Below are positions 1-10,888 of a DNA stretch of 64,000 bases, piece by piece. A model generated the notes under the pieces. That model had not been told where the DNA came from and made no database searches. It saw only the letters and a list, made by a program, of their open reading frames with translations. The position numbers and the translations under genes were made by a program. Position 1 is the first letter of the stretch. The number at the start of each line of letters is the position of its first letter. The DNA is from Patescibacteria group bacterium (GTDB taxonomy: Bacteria > Patescibacteriota > Patescibacteriia > UBA1558 > UBA10009): positions 1,084-65,083 of the forward strand of contig JBAZSE010000001.1 of NCBI GenBank assembly GCA_041662565.1, written 5' to 3'.

Positions 1-88
1 GCAATCAGAATTAGCCGCCGATGATATTGCCATAGAAGAAGTACCGGTAATGGAAGAGTAGGAGATTTATTTTCGCCCAAGAAGAGCG

Positions 89-144
89 CGGAGAGAATTT
101 TCTTACTTACAGACCCTGAGTAGGGTTATTCTCTCCGGCTTTTG
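89..144 (+). terminator. Candidate terminator downstream of a truncated upstream ORF. The stem is cggagagaat/attctctccg, followed by gctttt.
   Basis: A 10-bp perfect inverted repeat with a ~30-nt loop is followed by a T-run. A short partial ORF ends at 61. Confidence 0.35.
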
Positions 145-318
145 GGAAGTAAAAATGCAAATTAAGATATTTATAATATTAATAATAAACGTATGGAATT
201 ATTGGCTTTAGTAATTTTTATGGGAGTTGCCAGCTTATTAAGAAGATAAGCGCTTTGTGCTTTTTTATAAATTTTAATAATTAAATTTTAAAACAATTAT
301 AAACTTATATATACTCAT

Positions 319-3300
319 ATGAAGAAATTTATTATTGTTCTAACTTTATTTACCACCATCTTTTCTCAACCGCTCTTGGCTTTAGCCGAAGAATCAGCGG
401 TGGCGCAAACGTCATCGGCAATTCCTTCGCCGGAGAGCGTGGCTCCATCGCCCTCAACCGATTCCGTTATAGAATTGGCCGCTCCAGCTGTTCAAACTAT
501 TCCCGATCCAACGGCAATTTTACAATCTGCCGAACCAATAATTGCGCCCACTGCCGATTCTTTAATGCCCCAAGCAGATGCTCCAATTATTGCTCCGATT
601 CAAGAACCTGCACCAATTAATAATCCGACTCTTGATAATCAGGCGGTTAATTTAAATAACAATGAACCCCAGCGTGATCCAGGTGAAGGTGAAAACGCCG
701 GCGCTTATCAACAGGAAAAATCAGCTGATAACAGCTCTAAAAAATCAGCCGGTTTAACCGGTAATTTGCGAGTTGATCAGTTTTCCGGCGCTGCTTCATA
801 TAATATCGGTTTAGATATTCCGGCTGGCCGAGCCGGCCTTAACCCCTCTTTGCTTTTGGCATACAACAGCCATGATAAGAGTAATGATTCTTGGGTTGGG
901 CAGGGTTGGAATTTGGAGCTCGGTTCAATTACCCGGAGCACAAAAAGAGGAACTAATAATTTATATACCGGTAATGAATTTACCATTTCTTTAGGCGGCC
1001 AGTCAGCCGATTTAATTGAAGTAGATGCCAATAATCATTTGTTTGCCCCCAAAGAAGAAAACAGTTATTTAAAAATTCAATATTTAACCGATACTTCAAG
1101 CTGGCTGGTTATTGATACCAATGGTATTAAATATTATTTCGGCCAGTCGTCCGAAAGCAGGCAGGATAATCCTGCCGATCAAACCAAGATTTTTAAGTGG
1201 CAATTGGATAAAGTTCAAGATACCAATGATAATTTTTATCGGCTGGAACATACCAAAGTTGATGGCGCTATTTATCCCTCAAAAATAATTTATACCGGCA
1301 ATGGTGGGAGCGATGGCGTTATGGAAGTGTTATTTAATTTGGAAGAACGAGGCGAAGATATTTCAACTTCCTATCAAACTCAGTTTTTGGTTACTACCAA
1401 TAGGCGCTTAAATAATATTGAAATTAAAGTTCAAAATGAAACCAAATTAAAATATCAATTGGCTTATGTTGTCGGGCAAAACGGCCGAACATCATTGTTA
1501 AGATCAATTATTAAAAAAGGTTATGATGGCCAAGGCGAACATGTTTTGCCGGCCACTACTTTTAACTACTCAACCAAGCAAACCGGTTGGGATGATGTTA
1601 CCGAGGAGTGGCAGGATTTGCCGGCTTTAAATACTAACCCACAATTAGTGGATTTAAATGGCGACTCATGGGTGGATATTGGTGGCGCTATGCATGATGG
1701 CCGTGGCACTTGGAGTCCACAGGGTTGGCGGAACATACCCAGTATGACTTTTGTGGGAGATATTAATGGCGATAAGTTGCCGGATATTGTTGCTCCTCAT
1801 GCCGAGAATGATCATCGTGTTGATGCGCCCAGAGTTGCTTATTTAAATAATGGAGTTAACGGTTTTAATTACAGTGCAGAATGGTCAGCGGCTGTGCCTG
1901 AAGTTATTGGTCAAAAGAATATCACACCGGCCATTGCTTTGGTTGATATTAATGGCGATGGCTTGGCAGATATTATTTATGGCGTAAGCTATCAAGGTAA
2001 TAATGTTGTAGAAAGAATTTATCTTAATAATGGTCATGGCTGGGCTGGCGGTTATGGCACATTTCCTGCGGCTTTAGCATATCACTATAACGGTAATGAT
2101 TATCCCCCAACTCCATGGTATTCAGGGTTAGGTACGCAAATTGTTGATATTAACGGCGATGGTTTGGTTGATGTTACGTATGATCGAAATGTTTATCTAA
2201 ATCTTGGCAGTGGTTTTGAACAACAACCAAACCAAACATGGCAATTACCTGCCTTGCGGAATGATTTTCCTAATAGATTTGAGGAATCTTATAGGTTAGG
2301 AGGCACAAGATTTACCGATCTCAATGGCGATGGCCTTGTTGATATAACTGTTGCCGTAACAAAGTGGATTAATGAACGCGGAGTTTGGCAAGATTATTTT
2401 GCTAGCTGGCTCAATACAGGTAGCGGCTGGCAAGAAAATAATAATTGGAATCAACCCATGATTCTATTGTCCATTGGCGCCAATGGACCCACGGGAGACG
2501 AGGGTGTCCGTATGATGGATATTAATAATGATAATAATATTGATATAGTTAAATCTCATGTTGATGAAAGGAATAATTTTGAGCGTCAGGTTTATTTGGG
2601 TACATCTACTAAAGCTAATCAGCTAACTACAATTACTAATGGCTATGGCGGGCAAACCGGTTTGGAGTATCAACCTTCCGGTAAATATTTTACGGAAGAT
2701 AATAATTTTAAGAATCCGCATTTGCCATTAAATTTGGAAACGGTTAAAACCATAACCACTACTGATGGGCAAAATAATGAAATAGTTACAAGTTATGACT
2801 ACCAAGACGGCGCAGTTTACGCCGACCCCGTTGATTACACTTTAAATCAGTTTGTCGGTTTTGGCATTGTAACTTCCACCACCGGCAATCAAGTTAGTAA
2901 AACCTATTATCATCAAGGAAGCGGGATAGATGGCTACGCCAATGGCGAGTACGAAGATACCATCTACAAAAAAGGCAGGGCTTATCGTGAAGAAGTTTAT
3001 CAAAAGGATCAAGATAATAATTTAACTTTGCAATCGGCTAAGGTAAGCACTTGGAAGCAATATAATTTGGACAACAACCGCAAATATGTTTATTTGGATG
3101 GCACTGTTAATTATGATTATACGCAAGAGGGCGAGCAACAACAGCAAATGGCTCCCCAGCAATTTAATCAGGCGCAAGCAATTAATCAGCAAGCCATTGC
3201 ACAAAGCTTATCCGCTCAAGTTTTAAGTTCTGATCAATTAACCACGCTTCAATCAGCCCAAACATTTAGCCCTATAACTCAACCGCAGTTGGTTAGCCAA

Positions 3301-6300
3301 TCAGACGATGGCTTATCGGTTAATTATTATATTGGAAGAAATCAAAATGGACAGCATGTGTATCAATATCAAGTATATAGCGATCCTGCTCAAGGCGAGG
3401 ATGTACAAAGAGATGACCCAGAAGCTGCTGATTTTAATGCGCAAAATGGTGATAGGGCAATAGAGATGTATGCACATAATTGTGATGATATTAGAGGTCT
3501 TTGGGAAAATCATAATGGATATAGAGATTATAATGGTCCGCAAGTTAATTTATTAATTAACCAATACGGTCATGAATGTGAGTTAAGTAGAATTTACTTG
3601 CCTTTTAATACTTCAGATTTACCGGATGAAGCCATGATTTTATCCAGTCATTTGGATATGAGTGTTTTTAATTTAGCTCCATCAATGACTGCATATGTAG
3701 TAAGAGGGCTGGATGGCAATGTTTCAGGAGGTTCAGAGTACATTGGTTCAACGGGAAGAAACAGTTTTAATCTTAATGATACCGGTTTAAGCTGGATTAG
3801 CTTGACGGGTAATACTAATTTGGGATTGCGTGGAGAATATGATTTTAGGCAGAATAACTTACGCGCCATTCATTACGGAATCGGTTTATATTTATCAGAA
3901 GCTCAAAATGAAAATGATCGACCTATGTTGGTTGTGGAATATACTTTAAATCGCCCTCCACAAGCGCCTATTGATTTGCAAACAGAAAACCAAGTTAACC
4001 CTGCTGAAATTCAAAATCAACAACCATCTTTTTCAGCTGTGTTTAATGATGAAAATCAGGATGACCAGGCTATTGCCTATCGAGTACAGGTAATTAGGGC
4101 AACCAACTTGTTTGGCGATAATGAACATAATAATTTTGAAAGTCCATTATGGGATAGTGGTAGAGTGGCGTTTAATGAGCCGGTGGCCAATGGCGCCCGA
4201 AGCCCGCAAATCCAGTATGGCAATCAATTACCTTTAGATGGCCGTCAATATTTTTGGAGAATAAAATTTTATGATAGCGGGGATGAAGTTCATTCGGAGG
4301 GATTATGGAGCGATGGACAAGATTATTTCTACATGGACGGTAGTGCCGCGCCAGTTGCTTCAATTAATTTACTTACCGATGGACGGATTGAACCAAGGGA
4401 TTTGTTAAATCAAAATCCGTCTTTTTCCGCCATTTACCAAGATCCCAACCCGATAGATAATGCCAAGTGGTACCAAGTTCAGGTTGGAATAAATGCTGAT
4501 CTTGATAATGAAGATAATGTTATTTGGGATAGCGATAAACAGGAGCTTGATTCATTAGTTGATAATGGCGTAAGAAGTGAAGAAATCCAATACAACGGCG
4601 AGCCATTGGCATATAATGGTGCTGTTTACTATTTCCGGATTAAATTTTGGGATAAAGAAGGCGATGGCACCGAAGGAGAATGGAGCGCGCCCAGCACCTT
4701 TGGTATGTTTAACAGCCAAGATGTTTTAAGCGGCGTTCAAGCCAAAGCCGTAAAAATGAGTTATGATTTTAGCACCGGCAATGTTATGGAGCAAAAAAAT
4801 TTAGGCACAGTACTGGCAGCGCAAAATGGCGTGTTTTTAAACACGGCTGAAGAAGTGGTTGGTGATGAAAAAAATTCCCTTTACCAATATGCTCAACCTG
4901 TTAATGCCAGTTCGCATATTTTATCCGTGCCCAGGGAAAAAATAGTCACCAATCCTAATACTGAAGAAAATTCAACTGTAACTATTTCCTATGATGGCCG
5001 TGATGATGGCCAAGTAGAAAAAGCCAACCCAACCAAAGAGGATTTAAACGCGCCCCAAGCCATTTACCAAAAAACCTTTAACGCCTTTGGCTTGGTTACT
5101 CAAACAACCGATCCTTTAAACCATCAAACCAATGTGACTTACGACGCGCAAAACTATTATCCCGTTCGCACTACTAATCATTTAAATCAAATCACCCAAA
5201 CGGAATATGATTTAACAACGGGCCAAATTAAAAAAATTACCGATCCCAATGGTTTAATTGAAGAACGTGATTACGATGCTTTTGGGCGATTGGTTGAAGT
5301 AAGAAAAACCAATCCGGCTTCAACAAATTTGTTGGTTTTGCAAAGGTTAGAATATCACGATGCCGAAAGCCCTTCTTGGGTCAGGCAAATTAGTTACCCC
5401 GGCCAATCAGCTGAATTAAGCGTGTATACTTACTTTGACGGACTGGGCAGGACGATTCAAACCAGAGAACAGTCCGAAATCGCCAACCAATTTAGGGTTA
5501 CCAGTGTTGCTTACAATGAAATGGGCAATGTAGCCAAGCAAACTTCGGTTTGCTTAAGCAATGGTTTTGCTTATAGCGCCCCCGATTGGAATACTCCGCA
5601 TACCGAATATATTTACGACGCGCAAAACAGAGTGTTAAGCGAAGAATTCATTGGCGATGCCAACCATCATTATTTAACTTCTTATGCCTATGACGGCTGG
5701 AATGTAACCGTGACAGATCCCAATGGCCAACAAAAGAAATTGTACAAAGATGCTTACGGCCAGCTAACTCAAGTTGATGAATATCTGGAAGGCGAAGTAT
5801 ATTCAACCAAGTATCAATATAATTTGCTGGGCAAATTAATTAATATTACTGATAGTCAAAACAATACCAGGAATTTTGTTTATGATGAATTGGGCCGTTT
5901 AACTTCCCAAGAAGAAGTGCATAAAGCCGAGCTCGATGAGGGCGAAGAATTTGGCGTTTGGAACTACCAGTACGATAGCGCTTCCAACTTAATCCAAAAA
6001 ACCGATCCTAAAAATCAGGTTATCAATTACACTTATGATTCTTTAAACAGGATTTTAACCGAGAATTTTGCTGGTCAGGATGGCACGGAAGTTACTTACA
6101 CCTATGATTCCGGCACTTATGGCAAAGGCCGCTTGTATCGTGTTGTTTCCGAAGGCGCAACCACCACTTATACTTATGATAAATGGGGCAGAGTAACCAA
6201 AGAATCCAAAATCATCAACGGCAATGTTTATAACACCCAGTGGGTTTACAATGTCCAATCTGTTCCTACTACCATAACCTATCCCGATAATTCTAAAATT

Positions 6301-8091
6301 TACTACACCTATAATCGTTTAGGATTGCCAATAACTTTACGCACCGCCGAACCGGCCGAAAACATTGTTTCTAGTCATTCGCTTATTACCAGCGTGGCCT
6401 ATTCACCGCTTAAACAAATCGCGGAAATTAGGTATAATTCAGGTATTGTTTCAACCAATACTTTTGATCCAACTCAATGCTACCGTCTAACAGCCAAAAG
6501 AACGGTTAATCCATTTAATTTGGTGATTCAAGATTTAACCTACAGTTATGATAACGTTGGCAATATCACCCAGTTAGTTGATCAATCCCAAACCAATTTG
6601 GCCAAAACAACCGTTTACGAGTATGATGATTTGTACCGCTTAACTCGCGCTACTGTCACCAATTCTGCCAATAACGCCGATTACACCCAAACCTACGATT
6701 ACGATATTATAGGTAATATCTTAAACAAATCGGATGTTGGCGATTACAGTTATCAAAACGCTAATCCTTACCAAGCCAACAGCGTTAATAATGTAAATTA
6801 CAGCTATGATTTAAACGGCAATTTAACTTCCGATACCCAAAAAACCTACCATTACAACCACGCGGATAGGTTAACAACTGTTGATATAGATGAAGATAAT
6901 GTTCTTTACAGTAAATACGATCAAGGCGGACAGCGCACCATTAAGCAGTTAAATAAGATTGTTCCCAACACTCAAGGCGGAGAAACAACCTTAATAACTA
7001 AAAACATCTATCCAGCCAGTTTGTATGAAGAAGAAGTAAAGGGGCTTGAAGGAGAAGAGCAAAACTGGCAAACTACCAAAACCCGCCATATTACCTTAGG
7101 TAATCAAACCTTGGCTCACTTTACCGTTAATCCTCAAGGCCAGGTAGAACAGGCCTTAGTGTTTGGTGATCATCTTGGCAGTGCCTCTCTTTTAACCGAT
7201 GTTTTTGGTAGGCCAAAAGTGTTGTATGATTATTATCCTTTTGGCGGAAGTAGGATGGAAGAACAAGTTGGCGGTGGAGGAATGCGTGTTGCCGCTTACC
7301 AATATACCGGCAAGGAAAAAGATGAAGTAACGGGGCTAAATTATTTTGGTGCTCGTTATCAAAATGCTGATATAGGAAGATTTACACAGGTGGATCCGGT
7401 GATTAATAAAATCGCTTTAACAAGTTCATTGGAAAATGAAAATAATATAAGCCAATTTCAGATTTTATCCAACCCCCAGAGTTTGAACAATTACAGTTAC
7501 GCCATAAACAATCCAATAGTACTCAAGGATACTAATGGAGAGTGGTTTGATGCGGTAGTTGATTTTGCTTTTATAGTTTATGATATAGGCAGAATAGCTC
7601 ATCAGTTTTTTACATCCGGTAATGTTAATGGCTCAGAATGGAGTAGTTTAGGCTTGGATGTCGGTAGCGCTTTTATCCCAGGAGTTGTTGGTTTGGGAAT
7701 GGTTAATAGGGCCGCTGCTAAAGCAACTCAATTAGGACTAAAGGTATATGTTAAAGCAGATGAGATAAAAGATTTAATTAAAGGGGCTGATAAAGCATTT
7801 GATGTAGCAAAGAAAGCTGGCGGTAAACATAATGGTGATTATATTAATTATCTAAACAAAACTAATCAACAGCTCGCTGATAGTGTTGCTAGTCATATGA
7901 AACAAGTTGATAAACATATTGATAAACTTAATAACCCTAGTAAATATATTGATAATTTTGAACAAAAGACTGAACAAGAAATTCAAGGATACATCAATCA
8001 TTGGAAGAAAGATTTATTAAGAAATCAAGAACAGGCAAATATTAAGTCAGGTATCTTAAAAGAAAGAGTAGGACAAAGTTTAAAAGAATAA
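319..8091 (+). CDS. Secreted giant TcB-TcC-like Rhs polymorphic toxin (2590 aa). It has a signal peptide and a Ser/Pro linker. It has an SpvB-like N-terminal domain ('GNLRVDQFSGAASYNIGLDIPAGRAGLNPSL'). It has several FG-GAP/VCBS-like 'DINGDGLxD' repeats. It has a Gln-rich segment plus two tandem ~120-aa FN3-like domains. It has many YD/Rhs repeats and an Rhs core ending in 'GARYQNADIGRFTQVDP...NPQSLNNYSYAINNPIVLKDTNGEW'. It ends in a ~170-aa variable C-terminal toxin domain.
   Basis: Motifs read directly from the ORF translation. YD repeats ('YTYDSLNRIL', 'YTYDKWGRV', 'YEYDDLYRLT', 'YQYDSASNLIQKTD'), the RHS core 'YxYTGKExD...GLNYFGARY...GRFTQVDP', and the DPxG-like aspartyl autoproteolysis site. 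Confidence 0.85.
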   Translation: MKKFIIVLTLFTTIFSQPLLALAEESAVAQTSSAIPSPESVAPSPSTDSVIELAAPAVQTIPDPTAILQSAEPIIAPTADSLMPQADAPIIAPIQEPAPINNPTLDNQAVNLNNNEPQRDPGEGENAGAYQQEKSADNSSKKSAGLTGNLRVDQFSGAASYNIGLDIPAGRAGLNPSLLLAYNSHDKSNDSWVGQGWNLELGSITRSTKRGTNNLYTGNEFTISLGGQSADLIEVDANNHLFAPKEENSYLKIQYLTDTSSWLVIDTNGIKYYFGQSSESRQDNPADQTKIFKWQLDKVQDTNDNFYRLEHTKVDGAIYPSKIIYTGNGGSDGVMEVLFNLEERGEDISTSYQTQFLVTTNRRLNNIEIKVQNETKLKYQLAYVVGQNGRTSLLRSIIKKGYDGQGEHVLPATTFNYSTKQTGWDDVTEEWQDLPALNTNPQLVDLNGDSWVDIGGAMHDGRGTWSPQGWRNIPSMTFVGDINGDKLPDIVAPHAENDHRVDAPRVAYLNNGVNGFNYSAEWSAAVPEVIGQKNITPAIALVDINGDGLADIIYGVSYQGNNVVERIYLNNGHGWAGGYGTFPAALAYHYNGNDYPPTPWYSGLGTQIVDINGDGLVDVTYDRNVYLNLGSGFEQQPNQTWQLPALRNDFPNRFEESYRLGGTRFTDLNGDGLVDITVAVTKWINERGVWQDYFASWLNTGSGWQENNNWNQPMILLSIGANGPTGDEGVRMMDINNDNNIDIVKSHVDERNNFERQVYLGTSTKANQLTTITNGYGGQTGLEYQPSGKYFTEDNNFKNPHLPLNLETVKTITTTDGQNNEIVTSYDYQDGAVYADPVDYTLNQFVGFGIVTSTTGNQVSKTYYHQGSGIDGYANGEYEDTIYKKGRAYREEVYQKDQDNNLTLQSAKVSTWKQYNLDNNRKYVYLDGTVNYDYTQEGEQQQQMAPQQFNQAQAINQQAIAQSLSAQVLSSDQLTTLQSAQTFSPITQPQLVSQSDDGLSVNYYIGRNQNGQHVYQYQVYSDPAQGEDVQRDDPEAADFNAQNGDRAIEMYAHNCDDIRGLWENHNGYRDYNGPQVNLLINQYGHECELSRIYLPFNTSDLPDEAMILSSHLDMSVFNLAPSMTAYVVRGLDGNVSGGSEYIGSTGRNSFNLNDTGLSWISLTGNTNLGLRGEYDFRQNNLRAIHYGIGLYLSEAQNENDRPMLVVEYTLNRPPQAPIDLQTENQVNPAEIQNQQPSFSAVFNDENQDDQAIAYRVQVIRATNLFGDNEHNNFESPLWDSGRVAFNEPVANGARSPQIQYGNQLPLDGRQYFWRIKFYDSGDEVHSEGLWSDGQDYFYMDGSAAPVASINLLTDGRIEPRDLLNQNPSFSAIYQDPNPIDNAKWYQVQVGINADLDNEDNVIWDSDKQELDSLVDNGVRSEEIQYNGEPLAYNGAVYYFRIKFWDKEGDGTEGEWSAPSTFGMFNSQDVLSGVQAKAVKMSYDFSTGNVMEQKNLGTVLAAQNGVFLNTAEEVVGDEKNSLYQYAQPVNASSHILSVPREKIVTNPNTEENSTVTISYDGRDDGQVEKANPTKEDLNAPQAIYQKTFNAFGLVTQTTDPLNHQTNVTYDAQNYYPVRTTNHLNQITQTEYDLTTGQIKKITDPNGLIEERDYDAFGRLVEVRKTNPASTNLLVLQRLEYHDAESPSWVRQISYPGQSAELSVYTYFDGLGRTIQTREQSEIANQFRVTSVAYNEMGNVAKQTSVCLSNGFAYSAPDWNTPHTEYIYDAQNRVLSEEFIGDANHHYLTSYAYDGWNVTVTDPNGQQKKLYKDAYGQLTQVDEYLEGEVYSTKYQYNLLGKLINITDSQNNTRNFVYDELGRLTSQEEVHKAELDEGEEFGVWNYQYDSASNLIQKTDPKNQVINYTYDSLNRILTENFAGQDGTEVTYTYDSGTYGKGRLYRVVSEGATTTYTYDKWGRVTKESKIINGNVYNTQWVYNVQSVPTTITYPDNSKIYYTYNRLGLPITLRTAEPAENIVSSHSLITSVAYSPLKQIAEIRYNSGIVSTNTFDPTQCYRLTAKRTVNPFNLVIQDLTYSYDNVGNITQLVDQSQTNLAKTTVYEYDDLYRLTRATVTNSANNADYTQTYDYDIIGNILNKSDVGDYSYQNANPYQANSVNNVNYSYDLNGNLTSDTQKTYHYNHADRLTTVDIDEDNVLYSKYDQGGQRTIKQLNKIVPNTQGGETTLITKNIYPASLYEEEVKGLEGEEQNWQTTKTRHITLGNQTLAHFTVNPQGQVEQALVFGDHLGSASLLTDVFGRPKVLYDYYPFGGSRMEEQVGGGGMRVAAYQYTGKEKDEVTGLNYFGARYQNADIGRFTQVDPVINKIALTSSLENENNISQFQILSNPQSLNNYSYAINNPIVLKDTNGEWFDAVVDFAFIVYDIGRIAHQFFTSGNVNGSEWSSLGLDVGSAFIPGVVGLGMVNRAAAKATQLGLKVYVKADEIKDLIKGADKAFDVAKKAGGKHNGDYINYLNKTNQQLADSVASHMKQVDKHIDKLNNPSKYIDNFEQKTEQEIQGYINHWKKDLLRNQEQANIKSGILKERVGQSLKE

Positions 8092-8115
8092 GTTAACAAT
8101 TAATCATAATTATAT

Positions 8116-8394
8116 ATGTTAAATAGTGGACAGCAAACATTTCTCGCATTACTAGGTGAACGGCTTAAAAATTCTTTAGAATATGATTTTAATAGCTTGA
8201 AAGAGTATCAAATAGAAAAAAAGGATGATTCATTTGTATTGGGTAAATTATTTGGTCATATGGATATTATTAGTATGATACAACAACAAGCTGAAGCAGA
8301 TGGTCTTTCTTTGGAAGAAATTGGATTGGATAATTTTGATCCTGAAAAGTATATTGGCGAGCGAGTTGATGAAATAAAAGGCAGAATAAAGTAA
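8116..8394 (+). CDS. Candidate immunity protein for the C-terminal toxin of the main Rhs gene (92 aa, acidic, no signal peptide).
   Basis: A small ORF lies 24 nt after the Rhs stop, in the canonical toxin-immunity arrangement. The sequence is not recognisable on its own. Confidence 0.45.
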   Translation: MLNSGQQTFLALLGERLKNSLEYDFNSLKEYQIEKKDDSFVLGKLFGHMDIISMIQQQAEADGLSLEEIGLDNFDPEKYIGERVDEIKGRIK

Positions 8395-8429
8395 AAAATC
8401 ATCAGACCAAAAACTCGCCATATTACCTT

Positions 8430-9453
8430 AGGCAACCAAACCTTGGCTCACTTTACCGTTAATCCTCAAGGCCAGGTAGAACAGGCCCTGGTGTTTGGTG
8501 ATCATCTTGGCAGCGCTTCTCTTTTAACCGATGTTTTTGGTAGGCCTAAAGTATTGTATGATTACTATCCTTTTGGCGGCAACAGGATGGAAGAAACTAT
8601 TGGTGGAATGCAAGTTGCCGGTACCAATCAGCGTTATACCGGACAAAAGTTGGATGAAGAAAGTGGTTTGTATTATTATGGGGCGAGGTATTACAATCAG
8701 AATGTTGGTCAGTTTACCCAACAAGATCCGGTTAGTTTGAAGATAGCAATGTTGGATGAGGTCAAAAAAGTTACCGGGCAATCGCAACAGCAATTATTGA
8801 CTAATCCTCAAGTATTGAATAGTTATGCTTATACGGCGAATAACCCGGTTAAGTATACCGATCCCGATGGCAATATGAGGGAACTACCTTACCTTACGGC
8901 CTACAGGAAACTTGTTGAATTGTCTACTAGAGTTTTAAATAATTTTACCGATTACTTAAAATCAGAAAGACAAAATGCGGTTAATGAATATGCGGCGCAA
9001 TATGATGGTTTGTCAGATAGCCAAAAGTCAAATTATAAAGATAGCCAAGAATACGGAGAGGCAAGGGTAAATCAAGATGATTCGGTTAATGTTATGATGG
9101 GTATGGTGGGAGGCTCTACAAGTGAGGTTGGTAAAGTTTTAACTTTTGGCAAAAGTCCGATTTCCAATTTCATTACTAAAAATTTGGATACCTCTGTTTT
9201 AGCTAATAAATTTGAGAAGCATGTAATAGGGCGGGGTGAATTTGGAGGTAAAATAAATTTTAATCAGTTTAAGGAGATGTTTAATAATTTATGGAAAGGA
9301 ATTGGTAATATCTTAGAAAAGGTTAGGGCAAATGGAGATGTATTGAGATATGATGTTGATAAAAATATTTATAGTTCAATGAGTAAAGAAGGTAAAATAA
9401 GAACCTTTTTTCAGCCAGAAACTAAATTAGATTATTGGTTTAAGCAACAATAA
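8430..9453 (+). CDS. Orphan (displaced) Rhs C-terminal cassette. It duplicates the end of the Rhs core ('LAHFTVNPQGQVEQALVFGDHLGSASLLTDVFGRPKVLYDYYPFGG...RYTGQKLDEESGLYYYGARYYNQNVGQFTQQDP...NPQVLNSYAYTANNPVKYTDPDGN'). A different ~190-aa C-terminal toxin domain follows. It has no canonical ATG; the ORF track uses TTG at 8443, and the in-frame stretch begins after a TAG at 8427-8429.
   Basis: Nucleotides ~8415-8594 are ~93% identical to 7083-7257 inside the main Rhs gene. The protein shares the Rhs core end motif and then diverges. Confidence 0.8.
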
Positions 9454-9461
9454 ATAATTAT

Positions 9462-9896
9462 ATGATATTTAATCAAGAGGATCAAAAGATCTTAAATGAT
9501 ATTGAGTTCGATAGAAGCCAATATTCGGGGTTTTCTATTACGTTAGACAAATCATTGTATAGATGGACAAGTTTAACAAAAGAATGTGCGTTAGGTTATG
9601 CTGATGACGTGTCTGAATATACAAACGATCTTGCTTCAAGAGATTTTATTTGGAGAGTAATGGATAAAATATCTGAAGATGGAAAAAAACAATTAGAGGA
9701 AATCTTAGTGCCAATTGATAAATTATTTATTCAAAGTACGGTTGAAATAGATAATCCTATTATGGCTTATGATTGGGTTAAGCCAAATGAGCATTTTTGG
9801 TATTATCGAATACCCTGTAAGATTGCTAAAAATGAAATTTCAGCCTTTGAATCGCAAACAGGAAAATCATTAAAAGGCCTTATCAATGAGATATAA
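9462..9896 (+). CDS. Candidate immunity protein for the orphan toxin cassette (144 aa).
   Basis: It lies 8 nt downstream of the orphan Rhs-CT. It is small and cytoplasmic. Its position is the only evidence. Confidence 0.4.
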   Translation: MIFNQEDQKILNDIEFDRSQYSGFSITLDKSLYRWTSLTKECALGYADDVSEYTNDLASRDFIWRVMDKISEDGKKQLEEILVPIDKLFIQSTVEIDNPIMAYDWVKPNEHFWYYRIPCKIAKNEISAFESQTGKSLKGLINEI

Positions 9897-10124
9897 CAGT
9901 TTAAAATTAAAAAATAAATCAACAAACCTTTGTGGAATCTCCATTAAGGTTTGGTAGAATTTGACCGCGGTTTTCCGCTCTTTGTCTGCTAAACAAAATA
10001 CATGCCGAATTACAAAGGATCTGGCCTTAAATGGCCGGCGAAGTTGATGCTATGCGGATTAAATCCCCGCTGATACTTGGCGATCCTTTGTAAGGAGGCG
10101 AAATTAAATAATTAATTAAAAAAT

Positions 10125-10874
10125 ATGTCTAATGTAATTTCAGCTATATTTCCATTATCCGTTCTTTTTTTAATTGTTGTTTTTCTGATCGTAAATAAGT
10201 TCAAGAGAGTTTTTATTTTTGAATATGAAAAAGGTTTGAAATATTATAAAGGCAAATTTGTTCAGTTATTAGAGCCAGGAGTTTATTTACAAACAAAAAA
10301 TAGGCAAATTGAAAAAATTGATATAAGGAAAAATTTTGAAATCATCCCAGGTCAAGAAATTTTAACTTCAGATGGAGTTTCGGTTAAATTAACCTTAACC
10401 GCTTCGTATCAGGTAATTGATCCTAAAAAGGTTTTGATTGAGATCAGTAATTATCAAAGCGCATTTTATATCATGTTACAGTCAATTGTTAGAGTAATAA
10501 TAGGTAAAATTGATTTAGAGAGTTTGCTAAAAGAAAGAGATAATTTTATTCAGGAGATAGCTAAACAAGCCGAAGTTAAATCTTTAGAACTCGGCCTTAA
10601 AGTCAGCGATGTGGCGATTAGAGACATTATGCTGTCGGGAGAATTAAAGAAAGCAATTTCTCAAGTAGCCACAGCAAAGCAAGAAAGTTTAGCAAAGCTG
10701 GAAAGATCTAGGGGTGAATCGGCGGCTCTTAGGAATTTAGCTAATACCGCCAAAATGATTGAAGATAACCCTAATTTATTACAGTTAAGAATTTTAGATG
10801 CAATCAGTCAAAGTTCAGGTAATACTATTGTTTTTGGTTCACCGGAAGCAGTGCCTTTAGTTATAAAAAAATAA
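10125..10874 (+). CDS. SPFH/band-7 (stomatin/prohibitin-like) membrane protein with an N-terminal TM helix.
   Basis: It has an N-terminal hydrophobic segment. Its layout matches SPFH-domain proteins ('IPGQEILTSDGVSVKLTLTASYQVIDPKK', followed by a coiled-coil 'AKQESLAKLERSRGESAALRNLA'). Confidence 0.6.
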   Translation: MSNVISAIFPLSVLFLIVVFLIVNKFKRVFIFEYEKGLKYYKGKFVQLLEPGVYLQTKNRQIEKIDIRKNFEIIPGQEILTSDGVSVKLTLTASYQVIDPKKVLIEISNYQSAFYIMLQSIVRVIIGKIDLESLLKERDNFIQEIAKQAEVKSLELGLKVSDVAIRDIMLSGELKKAISQVATAKQESLAKLERSRGESAALRNLANTAKMIEDNPNLLQLRILDAISQSSGNTIVFGSPEAVPLVIKK

Positions 10875-10888
10875 TCTAACAAAAAATT

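Noticed and set aside
2-61. 19-codon open frame ending at 61 (…IAIEEVPVMEE*), possibly the 3' end of an upstream gene.
   Set aside because: It is too short to support any call. It is mentioned only as context for the downstream hairpin.
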